DNA from: Candidatus Moraniibacteriota bacterium
GTDB lineage: Bacteria > Patescibacteriota > Minisyncoccia > Moranbacterales > UBA1568
DNA length: 64,000 nt
Reading direction: 5' to 3'
Assembly (NCBI GenBank): GCA_016699875.1
Contig: CP064989.1
Location: forward strand, 10,631-74,630
The first letter of the stretch is position 1, and every line of letters begins with the position of its first letter. Positions 17,522 to 26,569 of this stretch are shown one piece after another. The notes beneath the pieces were generated by a model that was given only the letters and a program-made list of their open reading frames with translations, was not told where the DNA came from and made no database searches. The position numbers and the translations under genes are program-made.

Positions 17522-19174
17522 GTGAAGTGGATGAATTTCAGAGATCGATGTTTTATTATGTTTCGGAAGCCCTCAGCATTTCGAACTGCTTGGATTCTCT
17601 GTGGTATTGTGGTGGTCGGCATATTTATCCGCACATATCACTTTCGGGAGTGGCTTCACTTCGGATCGGATCAGGCTCGTGATGTTATGCTGGTGGGCGA
17701 CGTGGTGCATGGAGTGGAGCCTTGGCCACTGCTTGGTATGGAGGCGGGAAATACCCGGTTTGATCTCGGTCCCGTCTACTACTATTTCCAAATAGCATCG
17801 GCGCATATCTTTGGTGTGCGCCCCGATACGCTGGCCTATCCGGATCTTTTGTTTTCCATTCTGACGATTCCGCTCGCTTTCTTCTTGTTCCGAAAACTCT
17901 TTGAGACGAATCTCTCACTTGCACTTACCGGGCTTTACTCGATTTCTTTTTACATAGTCGAGTATTCCCGCTTTGCATGGAATCCGAATATGATCCCATT
18001 TTTTGTCGGGCTTTTCCTGCTTTCTCTCACAGAGTTCATGGAAGCGGACGAGAAGACCAAGTGGCGATGGATATTCGCACTCGGCATAGCGATCGGTATC
18101 GGAGTGCAGCTGCATACGATATTACTCTTCTTGTTCCCGGCAATGCTGCTTGGCATGTTCCTTATCTTTTCGAAAAAGAATATTGGGGCCATAGTGCGTC
18201 TCGTCAGCATTGTCGCCATAGCTTTCGCACTGAATATTCCTCAAGCTATCAGTGAAGTTCAGACTCATGGAAAAAATACCAAACTCTTCTTCAAGGCGCT
18301 CACTGATCGTTCGGGAAGTGGCAGCTCGCAATTTGCAGAAAGTCTCAAAACAGATATCCTCTGTCATGCACAGGCAAATTCACATATGCTTTCGGCACTT
18401 GGACATCACGGTAATTGCAATTTTCTCTCCCTCATTGACCATCCGGAGAGATTCTCAGGCGGTTTCTCTTTACTGCTTGCATATGGCAGCATCATGCTCA
18501 GTGTCATCTTTTCTGCGATAGGATATGGACTGCTAGCATTCCTTGTTTTCACTGAGGCGGATCCGAAGCGACGGAAATTTCTTCTCGTTATTTTCATCTA
18601 TACGGGACTTTCATTTCTCATTCTTTTTTCAGTTATCATAGGAGCGCCGCTTCGGTATTTTATTCATGCGACGTTCATTCCTTTTATTCTGCTTGGATTG
18701 ATTCTTGTGCGGATTCGGAAGTATTCTTTTCCTTTTGCTCGAACAGTTGTTTGGGCAGTTATTGCCACGTCAGCACTGCTCAATGTCCGAGCGATTGGCA
18801 TTGAGGCGTCTCAACTTGCATCGGGGACGCGTGGAAATCCGGGATTTGTCGTGCTTGGTGAAGCGGAACGCATGGTAGACTATATGAGAGAGCGTTCCGG
18901 ATCATGGACGGAGGCGAATCTTGCCGGAGGGACGGCTTACTTTTCAACGTATTATAAACCGCTCAAATATATTGCCGCACAGAAAGGTCTTGATATTCAT
19001 CTGGCCAAGCGAAAGCGGCCTCCGGTTTCGGAAATCCCTTATTTCTTCGTCTACCGGCCCTCTGATCGAAGAGACCCGTCTTTTGCCAAAGGATATGATG
19101 TGCTTGATTATCGAGATTTCGGGCAGATAGGCATATATCACTTGCAAAGCGTGAAGTACCGAGTGCAAGAATGA
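17522..19174 (+). CDS. ArnT/PMT-like GT-C membrane glycosyltransferase, paralog 2 of 4
   Basis: 'DQARDVML', 'LGPVYYYFQ', 'LAYPDLLFS' and 'YSRFAWNPN'. Multi-TM N-terminal domain plus a C-terminal soluble domain. Confidence 0.7.
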   Translation: MKWMNFRDRCFIMFRKPSAFRTAWILCGIVVVGIFIRTYHFREWLHFGSDQARDVMLVGDVVHGVEPWPLLGMEAGNTRFDLGPVYYYFQIASAHIFGVRPDTLAYPDLLFSILTIPLAFFLFRKLFETNLSLALTGLYSISFYIVEYSRFAWNPNMIPFFVGLFLLSLTEFMEADEKTKWRWIFALGIAIGIGVQLHTILLFLFPAMLLGMFLIFSKKNIGAIVRLVSIVAIAFALNIPQAISEVQTHGKNTKLFFKALTDRSGSGSSQFAESLKTDILCHAQANSHMLSALGHHGNCNFLSLIDHPERFSGGFSLLLAYGSIMLSVIFSAIGYGLLAFLVFTEADPKRRKFLLVIFIYTGLSFLILFSVIIGAPLRYFIHATFIPFILLGLILVRIRKYSFPFARTVVWAVIATSALLNVRAIGIEASQLASGTRGNPGFVVLGEAERMVDYMRERSGSWTEANLAGGTAYFSTYYKPLKYIAAQKGLDIHLAKRKRPPVSEIPYFFVYRPSDRRDPSFAKGYDVLDYRDFGQIGIYHLQSVKYRVQE

Positions 19175-19274
19175 GCGGTTATTGTCATCGCTGCTGATAC
19201 AGAGAGTTGAATTTGATATTCGCCAAACGGTACATGGGTAACGCAGGTCATTCACCACGAGCCTTTCTCTGACT

Positions 19275-20852
19275 ATGAATTCTTTTGTCAGTACATTTCG
19301 GAAAATTTCCCCATCCGTATTCGTCCTCGCGGCGATTTTCATCATCGGAATATTTTTGCGCACGTTTTATTTTCATGATTGGCTTCGATTCAATGCCGAT
19401 CAGTCAAGGGATGCCGGTATTGTGAGCGATGTTGTTGAAGGGAAAACGCCGGCTCCGCTCCTCGGTCCGAAAGCTGGCGGAACAGAGTTTCGTCTCGGGT
19501 CGGCATTTTATATTTTTCAAATTGCTTCTGCGAGTCTCTTCGGAAATCGGCCTGACACAATGGCGTATCCTGACCTCATAAGTTCTCTTCTTGCCATCCC
19601 GCTTCTCTACGCTTTCCTGCGTCTGTATTTCGAGAGAAAGACTGCGCTCTTCCTGACAGCTCTCTTTGCGGTTTCTTTCTATGGAGTGAAGTATTCTCGC
19701 TTTGCGTGGAATCCGAATTCATTGCCTTTCTGGACGCTGCTCTTTTTCTTTTCTTTGCATCGTCTTCTGGCATTTCCGGAAAAGGCCGGGGTGGTATGGA
19801 GCATCATTTTGGGAGTCGCGCTGGGTGTCGGTGTTCAATTGCACACGTTGACGCTCATATTGTTTCCTATAGCGGCCGCACTTACATTCGGATATCTCGC
19901 ATTCTTACGAAGAGAACGTCTCGGAAGAGTATTCCTGGTAGTCTCAACAGTGGCTGTTCTCCTGAATGCCGGACAGATACTGAGTGAGATTCGAACGGGC
20001 GGAGAAAATCTGTCGGCATTCTTTTCCGGGATTGATGCAAAAGAAGAGAAAGGATCCGGTTTTTCAAAGAACATCGTAAAAGACTCGGTTTGTTTCGTTC
20101 AGGGAAGCGTGTATATCCTAACTTCGCACGAGATTTCCGACACTTGCGATACGAAATCTATCAGAAATGGCTCTAATGGAATATTTTTTGCCGGAGGCAT
20201 TCTTCTTTTCTTTGGCGGGATAGCACTTGCTTTTCGGGCATTTTATCGTGAGCGAGAGGCGTCAAAACGATATTTTCTTATAATAAACATGGCGTTTCTT
20301 TTACTTTCATTTCTTTTGTTCATTCCGCTTGCCAATGAAATATCAATGCGATTCTTCCTCGTGACCGTATTTCTGCCCTTTATATTGCTCGGTCTCTGGT
20401 TTAACCTCTTTGTCGAGGTCTTTCCGCGTTGGGCATTTGTCGGAATAGCGGCTATTTCATCGATATTGATACTCGCCAATGTATATGCGGTACAGCAATC
20501 CTTTTCCGAATATGCCTCATACTTGGACAAACATTCCGAAGCGGGGATGGACAATGTCTTGCTTCGTGAAGTCGAAGAAGCTGCGGATTTTATCGTCAGC
20601 CGTTCGGGAGATTCGAATACAGTCTCGCTTGGAGGAGATTCGAGATATCTTTTCAAGGCATTGAAATCTATTCGGTACTTTACGGAAAAGCAGGGAATCG
20701 ATATTATCCAACAGAAGAATGGAAAAACAGATACTTTTCCTCAATTTATTGTTGACAACACAAAGCATGCCGATGATTTCCTCAAAGAAAACCCCGATGT
20801 GATAGACTGGAAAACAATCGGACGGTTTACTCTTTTCCAAGTACGTAGATGA
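19275..20852 (+). CDS. ArnT/PMT-like GT-C membrane glycosyltransferase, paralog 3 of 4
   Basis: 'DQSRDAGI', 'MAYPDLISS' and 'YSRFAWNPN'. Confidence 0.7.
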   Translation: MNSFVSTFRKISPSVFVLAAIFIIGIFLRTFYFHDWLRFNADQSRDAGIVSDVVEGKTPAPLLGPKAGGTEFRLGSAFYIFQIASASLFGNRPDTMAYPDLISSLLAIPLLYAFLRLYFERKTALFLTALFAVSFYGVKYSRFAWNPNSLPFWTLLFFFSLHRLLAFPEKAGVVWSIILGVALGVGVQLHTLTLILFPIAAALTFGYLAFLRRERLGRVFLVVSTVAVLLNAGQILSEIRTGGENLSAFFSGIDAKEEKGSGFSKNIVKDSVCFVQGSVYILTSHEISDTCDTKSIRNGSNGIFFAGGILLFFGGIALAFRAFYREREASKRYFLIINMAFLLLSFLLFIPLANEISMRFFLVTVFLPFILLGLWFNLFVEVFPRWAFVGIAAISSILILANVYAVQQSFSEYASYLDKHSEAGMDNVLLREVEEAADFIVSRSGDSNTVSLGGDSRYLFKALKSIRYFTEKQGIDIIQQKNGKTDTFPQFIVDNTKHADDFLKENPDVIDWKTIGRFTLFQVRR

Positions 20853-20903
20853 CGAAATTCCAAGCGTCAAGCGTATTGTCTCTATCTCATTTAGCGAGCA
20901 GTT

Positions 20904-21602
20904 ATGAAGAAGCAGTCAAACATGATCTTTGCCGCAGATGATTTCGGCATTAGTCAAAAAGCGAATGAGCGAATCTTGAAGCTTGCCGAGGCGGGAGTGC
21001 TTGATCGTGTAGCCGTTATGACAAAGGGAGGTGCAACCAAAGAATCTTTGGATCGTCTCGCGAGATCGGCCGTAAAAATCGATCTTCATGCCGAGCTTCG
21101 CGATGATATCGACCCCAATAGAAAACTTGCTGCGGGTGCATTCCGAAGAACTCTCACATTTATGAAGAACCTCTTTTTCGGAGAGAACCGACCGGCTCAG
21201 GTTGCTGCTCGCTGGGAAGCGCAGATTCTCGATTTCCATTCCATGTTTGGAAAGTATCCCGACGGATTGAACTCGCATGAACACACTCATTTCTTCCCGC
21301 CATACTTCAAGCATGCTCTCTATTTAGCGCGGAAATATCACATCTCGTTTATTCGATTTGGGAGAGAATCATTTCCGGGAGGCGCAGCGGTTTCATATAT
21401 TCTCAATACGCTTCGGCTGGTAGATAAGAGGTCATTCTCTCGAGCGAACATTGCCTCATCGGATATAATGGTCAGTTTCGATTGGATAAGATCACTCGAT
21501 GTTCTCAAAGGATATCCGAAAGAAAAATCCATTGAAATATTGTTTCACCCCGAGCGTGATGAAGAGATGATTTTTTTGGAAGAAAATTTTCTTGAGAAGT
21601 GA
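20904..21602 (+). CDS. YdjC/ChbG-family carbohydrate deacetylase
   Basis: 'IFAADDFGIS' near the N-terminus, and 'LNSHEHTHFFP' as the His-rich metal-site motif of the YdjC family. Confidence 0.75.
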   Translation: MKKQSNMIFAADDFGISQKANERILKLAEAGVLDRVAVMTKGGATKESLDRLARSAVKIDLHAELRDDIDPNRKLAAGAFRRTLTFMKNLFFGENRPAQVAARWEAQILDFHSMFGKYPDGLNSHEHTHFFPPYFKHALYLARKYHISFIRFGRESFPGGAAVSYILNTLRLVDKRSFSRANIASSDIMVSFDWIRSLDVLKGYPKEKSIEILFHPERDEEMIFLEENFLEK

Positions 21603-21652
21603 AAATTTTCGCAATGATGAGAAGTTGAACGAGTTATTTTTTTGAAAGTGAT

Positions 21653-23272
21653 ATGAGTGTCTGGAAAATATGGCAGGAAAAAATACGAAGCAGAAAGCGT
21701 ATCCAATATATACTCCTCGCCAGTATTGTTGTGCTTGGCCTGTTTCTTCGAACTTTCCACTTTCAATCATGGATGGAGTTCTCTCCGGATCAGGCGCGCG
21801 ATGCAGCACTTATCGATGATGTTCTCTCCGGAGAGAAGTCACTGCCGTTTCTCGGTGCCGAATCCGGAAACACAGGATTCAAGCTTGGCCCGATAGCGTA
21901 TCACTGGCAGTATCTTTCCAGCCTGCTTTTCGGGTCCGAACCGTACAATTTGGCATATCCGGATCTCCTCTTTTCGATATTTGCCATCCCTTTGTTTTTC
22001 TTGTTGATGCGGAAGTACTTTGCCGCTGAAATATCGCTCGTGCTTACTTTCTTCATGAGCTCATCGTTTTTTCTTGTGAAATACGCTCGCTTCGCTTGGA
22101 ATCCGAATGCCGCCCCATTTTTCTCAGCTCTCTTTCTCTTTTCGCTTCTTGAGGTGCTTGATCCCAAGAGGAAGGACAAGCTTCTCTGGCCGGCACTTTT
22201 GGGTATTTCAATGGGAATTGCCATTCAATTGCATACGCTCTTCATATTTATTCTTCCAGCTGTTGCCGGTGTCGGGTTTCTTATTTGGATCAAACGCAGA
22301 CTCTTCTCATGGCGAGGACTCGTACTGTTTGTTGCATGCTTCCTGGTTATGAATTGGGCGCAGATATATCGCGATGCAAATCACAACTATTCGAATGTCA
22401 ACCGCTTCCTCAAAGCTATTACAAAGACGTCATCAGGAGATGGCGAAAACATGTTGCTGAGAAATATGGATGAAGCAACTGCTTGTGAGGTGCAATCAAG
22501 CGCCTACATTGTTTCGTCATGGGGAAACCTTGGGAAATGCGAAGTCTGGGAATCTGTCTTGCGTCCACATGATACGGAGTTGCGAATAACTTTTATTCTT
22601 GGATTTATCCTGGTCTTTGGCGGGTATGTACTGCTCGGTTATTACTGGCAGCGGGAAGATAATGATAGACGGCGAGACTTTCTTTTCTTTGCGGGACTTT
22701 ACGCTCTGGTTGCTTTCATAATGAGTGTTCCCATAATCACACAAGTTTCCACGCGTTACTATATTACTTCTTTTTTCATTCCGTTTGTTCTCCTCGGGCT
22801 ATGGATGAAATTCCTTGGAGGGCAATCGGGAAGAATCAGTGTGATATTCAAGATACTACTGCTCGCCTTGATAATCATTCTTGTCGCGGGCAATACACGT
22901 TCAATTGTCTCATGGTCGGAAAAGCTCGCTCACGGTTCGGCAAGTGACTCGAAAACCGTATTTTATACCGAGGTACGAGATATGATGAGTTATATGGAAG
23001 AATCCTTGCCTCAACAAAGTATCGGCCTCCTTGGAAACAATGACTATATGTCTCGATTCTTGAAACCACTCAATTACTTCGCCGTGCGCGACAGCATCGA
23101 ATTGCTTGACCTTTCCAATAAACACCGGGATCCGGAGGGAAGATTCTTCTACATAGGCGGCGTCATCCCCGAATCAGAACTGCTTACACAATCAACATAC
23201 AAAGGGTACATCATTGAGAGTTATCGATTGTTTGGTCAGGTTATGATATTGATGCTTCGAACAAAAGAATGA
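21653..23272 (+). CDS. ArnT/PMT-like GT-C membrane glycosyltransferase, paralog 4 of 4
   Basis: 'DQARDAAL', 'LGPIAYHWQ', 'LAYPDLLFS' and 'YARFAWNPN'. Confidence 0.7.
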   Translation: MSVWKIWQEKIRSRKRIQYILLASIVVLGLFLRTFHFQSWMEFSPDQARDAALIDDVLSGEKSLPFLGAESGNTGFKLGPIAYHWQYLSSLLFGSEPYNLAYPDLLFSIFAIPLFFLLMRKYFAAEISLVLTFFMSSSFFLVKYARFAWNPNAAPFFSALFLFSLLEVLDPKRKDKLLWPALLGISMGIAIQLHTLFIFILPAVAGVGFLIWIKRRLFSWRGLVLFVACFLVMNWAQIYRDANHNYSNVNRFLKAITKTSSGDGENMLLRNMDEATACEVQSSAYIVSSWGNLGKCEVWESVLRPHDTELRITFILGFILVFGGYVLLGYYWQREDNDRRRDFLFFAGLYALVAFIMSVPIITQVSTRYYITSFFIPFVLLGLWMKFLGGQSGRISVIFKILLLALIIILVAGNTRSIVSWSEKLAHGSASDSKTVFYTEVRDMMSYMEESLPQQSIGLLGNNDYMSRFLKPLNYFAVRDSIELLDLSNKHRDPEGRFFYIGGVIPESELLTQSTYKGYIIESYRLFGQVMILMLRTKE

Positions 23273-23329
23273 TATTTTAGGATGTTCCACCATGGAAGCG
23301 CACGTGCTTTCCCGACTAAAAACGGAATG

Positions 23330-23650
23330 TGTCTCCGGTATCGCTCGCTTTTTCGTTTCAATGCGAACAGCACTCATTCTAGTGGGGATTACATGCGTTG
23401 GAATATGGAATTCCATATCGGACCGATTACACACTACTTCTCGTTTCTTTCGGGGTTAATCCTCGGTTGGACGCCGGCAGCGCTGGCGTACCCGGATCTT
23501 TTGTTTTCCGTGCTCACCATTCCATTGATGTATGTACTCATTGCGAAGATGTTTGGCAGAAACATGGCATTGGTCTTTCCAACGGCAATATCCGGATTCA
23601 TTGTAATAACCGAAATTAATGATCAAGAAATCATAAATCGCATTGCAAGT
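23330..23650 (+). pseudogene. Decayed internal fragment of a further GT-C paralog
   Basis: 'MEFHIGPITHYFSFLSGLILGWTPAALAYPDLLFSVLTIPLMYVLIAKMF' aligns to the 'LGPVYYYFQ...LAYPDLLFSILTIPLAFFLF' block of the paralogs. It lacks the N-terminal DQARD region and everything after the equivalent of TM4, and is only 136 codons in ORF context. Confidence 0.5.
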
Positions 23651-23681
23651 GGACGCGTCAGTATGTTTCAAATAAGGGAGT

Positions 23682-25217
23682 ATGGCAAATAAAAAACAAC
23701 TTCTCACTGTAGTGGCACTCTCCATCTCTGCACTCTTCCTAATTGGCGGAGCACTTTTCTTCAAGATCAATTTCATCGCTCACAAAAAGAATGACACGCT
23801 TTCGAAAGAAGCTGCGCGTGAGACAGTGAAGGGTGTTGATAGCAATACTCTGACAATCCCACAAACACTCTCTCTTTCGGAGCCTGTATTCCCCGATAGA
23901 GTATGCAATATCATGGATTTCGGGGCAATCGGAGATGGACAAACCATGAATACCGATGCTTTCCGAGAAGCTATTGCGGAATGCTCTCGACTCGGTGGCG
24001 GAAAGATAGTTGTTCCGAAAGGGGAATGGTTGACTGGTCCGATTGTTTTGCAGAACAATATATGGCTTTTCCTCGAACAGGATTCTGAGATCCTTTTTAG
24101 TGCTCAGAAAAACGATTACCTTCCTGTTGTCCGTTCGCGATTCGAAGGTGTTGAATACTACAATTATTCCCCGCCCCTCTCCGCGAGAAACGCGAAGAAC
24201 ATTGCAATTACCGGAAAGGGGACGCTGAACGGGCAAGCAGAGAAGTCATGGTGGACATCGGTGGATGATCCGAGAGTGGCGGCCTCTATGATGGAACTGT
24301 ACACAATGGGGCAAAACGGCACCCCTATTAACGATCGGGTCTTTGGAGGAGAGAAGGGGCTACGGCCGGCATTTATAGAGTTTTTCGAGTGTCAGACGGT
24401 GCTTATTGAGGGCGTTACTTTTGTAAACGGCCCCATGTGGACGATTCACCCGCTCTATAGCGATACCCTCACTATTCGCGATGTTTCTATTCGAACGCAT
24501 GATGGAAGAAATACGGACGGAATCGTCGTAGATTCTTCGCAAAACGTCGTCATCGAAGGCTCAAAATTTTCTACAGGAGACGATGCTATTGCCATAAAAT
24601 CAGGGAGAGACAACGATGGGATGCGCGTCGGGAGGCCATCAAAGAATATCCTCATAAAGAACTGTGCCGTTGAAGAGGCTCATGCAGCCATAGCTATTGG
24701 CAGCGAGGTTTCCGGCGGGATACAAGATGTTTTTGTAGATACGATGCATGTGAAAGAAGCTGATTTCGGCATTCGTATGAAATCGAGTCCCGGGAGAGGT
24801 GCTTCTGTCCATACGATCCGAATTCAAAATATGAACATTGAAAGTGCGCGGATTGCCGCAATCGAACTCGACCAGATGACTGGCGAAGCCGTATCAGTCG
24901 GGACGGATCTCACAGACTTTAGCGATATTCGTATTGCAAATATACGGTGCGATTGGACCAGAAAGCCCTTTCTACTGAATGGAGCCGCTGAAAACCCTCC
25001 GTACGACATAGAACTGAACAATCTTTCACTCTCCGCAAGCGGAACAGCGCTCCTGAAAAATGTTCAACAAATACTCCTTAAAGATATCACTTTCGCATCC
25101 TCAAGAAAGGGGAAGGAAGCCGGTCTTGAGGTGATTGACAGCAAAGATATCGTCATTGACCAAATAAACCTTCCGAAAGAAAGGATGCTCTGTGCAAAGG
25201 GATGTACTTACCGGTAG
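23682..25217 (+). CDS. Membrane-anchored beta-helix glycoside hydrolase (GH28 / pectate-lyase-3 family), paralog of 12018-13721
   Basis: N-terminal TM helix. 'DFGAIGDGQTMNTDAFREAIAECSRLGGGKIVVPKGEWLTGPIVLQNNIWLFL' is collinear with the first copy along its whole length. Confidence 0.75.
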   Translation: MANKKQLLTVVALSISALFLIGGALFFKINFIAHKKNDTLSKEAARETVKGVDSNTLTIPQTLSLSEPVFPDRVCNIMDFGAIGDGQTMNTDAFREAIAECSRLGGGKIVVPKGEWLTGPIVLQNNIWLFLEQDSEILFSAQKNDYLPVVRSRFEGVEYYNYSPPLSARNAKNIAITGKGTLNGQAEKSWWTSVDDPRVAASMMELYTMGQNGTPINDRVFGGEKGLRPAFIEFFECQTVLIEGVTFVNGPMWTIHPLYSDTLTIRDVSIRTHDGRNTDGIVVDSSQNVVIEGSKFSTGDDAIAIKSGRDNDGMRVGRPSKNILIKNCAVEEAHAAIAIGSEVSGGIQDVFVDTMHVKEADFGIRMKSSPGRGASVHTIRIQNMNIESARIAAIELDQMTGEAVSVGTDLTDFSDIRIANIRCDWTRKPFLLNGAAENPPYDIELNNLSLSASGTALLKNVQQILLKDITFASSRKGKEAGLEVIDSKDIVIDQINLPKERMLCAKGCTYR

Positions 25218-25290
25218 AAAATCGGGTAGATTCCTCAAGTGTAGCAGATGGTGGAATGAGCTATAGATGAAGAATGTCCCCACATGAGAA

Positions 25291-25322
25291 CTAAAAAACG
25301 AGGAATGAGCAGGGCATTCCTC
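25291..25322 (-). terminator. Rho-independent terminator for the minus-strand GT2 gene
   Basis: gaggaatg-agcaggg-cattcctc hairpin. The minus strand follows it with GTTTTTTAG. Confidence 0.5.
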
Positions 25323-25347
25323 TAGTGGCAAGCAATTACGAATACGG

Positions 25348-26286
25348 CTAAGATTTCCTCCGAATGATATATAAGGGACGACCGAGAACTTCCCGGTGAA
25401 TATTCTCAATATAAAGTGAGAGTAACCCAATAGACATAAGGAGAATGCCTACAAGAAAGACAATGAAGATGGCAAGATTTTCGGCATCAGAGAATGTCGA
25501 GGCGAAATGCCAGCGAAAGAAATATTTTCCAAGCAATATGTAGAAACCGGCAATGGAAGAAGTAGCCGTTATGAAAATGCCCAGATAACCAGCCAACCGA
25601 AGCGGGAGGAGACTCAGTGAGACAAAGCTGTTGAAAGCAAGTCGAGCCAATTTCCAAAAATTGTAACTCGCCGTCCCATGGAGTCGCTCATGAGCATCGA
25701 AGAATATATAGGTACGCTTAAATCCCATCCAATCGATAAGTCCGCGCGTCATTCGATTGACTTCGGTAAGTCGATTGAATTCATTGACCACCATCCGATC
25801 AAGAAGTCGAAAATCAGTTGAGTTTGGCACAACCTTTGTCTCAACAATTTTGTTGAGTATGGCGTAAAAAATGACGGATCCAACTTTCTTTATCCATGAA
25901 TCGCTCCGGCTTTTGTTCCGAATGCCCACTACAACTTCAAAACCGCGCTCCCACTGATTGACAAACTCAGGGATCAATTCGATTGGATGCTGAAGATCCG
26001 CATCTATAAGAATACATGCATTCCCGGAAGCATGGTGAAGTCCGGCAGTTGTCGCTATTTCTTTACCGAAATTTCTCGAGAAATCAATATATCGTATACG
26101 CGAGTCACGTGAAGACGCTTGTTTCAGAACCTCCAGCGTCTCATCGGTGCTTCCATCATTGACGAAGAGAATTTCGTAGGAGTATGCTTCACCAAGCGAC
26201 TCAAGTATTGGTTGCGCCCGCTCACAGAAAACAGGGATATTCTCCGCTTCATTGTGTGCAGGGACAATTATGGAGATAACCTTCAT
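25348..26286 (-). CDS. GT2 polyprenyl-phosphate glycosyltransferase (DPM1/GtrB/ArnC-like, lipid-linked sugar donor synthase)
   Basis: 'MKVISIIVPAHNEAENI', 'VNDGSTDET' and 'ILIDADLQHP' form a GT-A catalytic domain. Two C-terminal TM helices are typical of Dpm1/GtrB/ArnC. The longer upstream extension has no support. Confidence 0.8.
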   Translation of the reverse strand: MKVISIIVPAHNEAENIPVFCERAQPILESLGEAYSYEILFVNDGSTDETLEVLKQASSRDSRIRYIDFSRNFGKEIATTAGLHHASGNACILIDADLQHPIELIPEFVNQWERGFEVVVGIRNKSRSDSWIKKVGSVIFYAILNKIVETKVVPNSTDFRLLDRMVVNEFNRLTEVNRMTRGLIDWMGFKRTYIFFDAHERLHGTASYNFWKLARLAFNSFVSLSLLPLRLAGYLGIFITATSSIAGFYILLGKYFFRWHFASTFSDAENLAIFIVFLVGILLMSIGLLSLYIENIHREVLGRPLYIIRRKS

Positions 26287-26465
26287 AAGAGAGAATCGTG
26301 ACAAGCGAGATAAAAACAAGCCTTCTTTCTTTGAAGTATATCGTAAAAAAAGCATGAGTGTAAAGAGCAGAACACTCTATTATGGCTATTCCTTGCCATT
26401 TTAAAGATTCTCTGGTAGGCTAGTTGAGGCTACGAAAGAAGCTCTATTTTCTCTTAAAGATAAAC

Positions 26466-26542
26466 GGACAATTAGCTCAGCTGGTTAGAGCGCTGCATTC
26501 ACATTGCAGAGGTCGCTGGTTCGAGTCCAGCATTGTCCACCA
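26466..26542 (+). tRNA. tRNA-Val (anticodon CAC), CCA encoded
   Basis: Acceptor GGACAAT/ATTGTCC, D-arm GCTC-AGCTGGTTA-GAGC, anticodon stem CTGCA/TGCAG with loop TTCACAT, T-arm GCTGG-TTCGAGT-CCAGC, then ACCA. Confidence 0.9.
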
Positions 26543-26569
26543 ATCGAGATATTTTTTAGGTACATATTT

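Noticed and set aside
25348-26355. Longer form of the GT2 gene starting at 26355
   Set aside because: GT2 Dpm1/GtrB-like enzymes start directly with the hydrophobic beta1 strand (MKVISIIVPAHNE). The extra 23 codons have no support.
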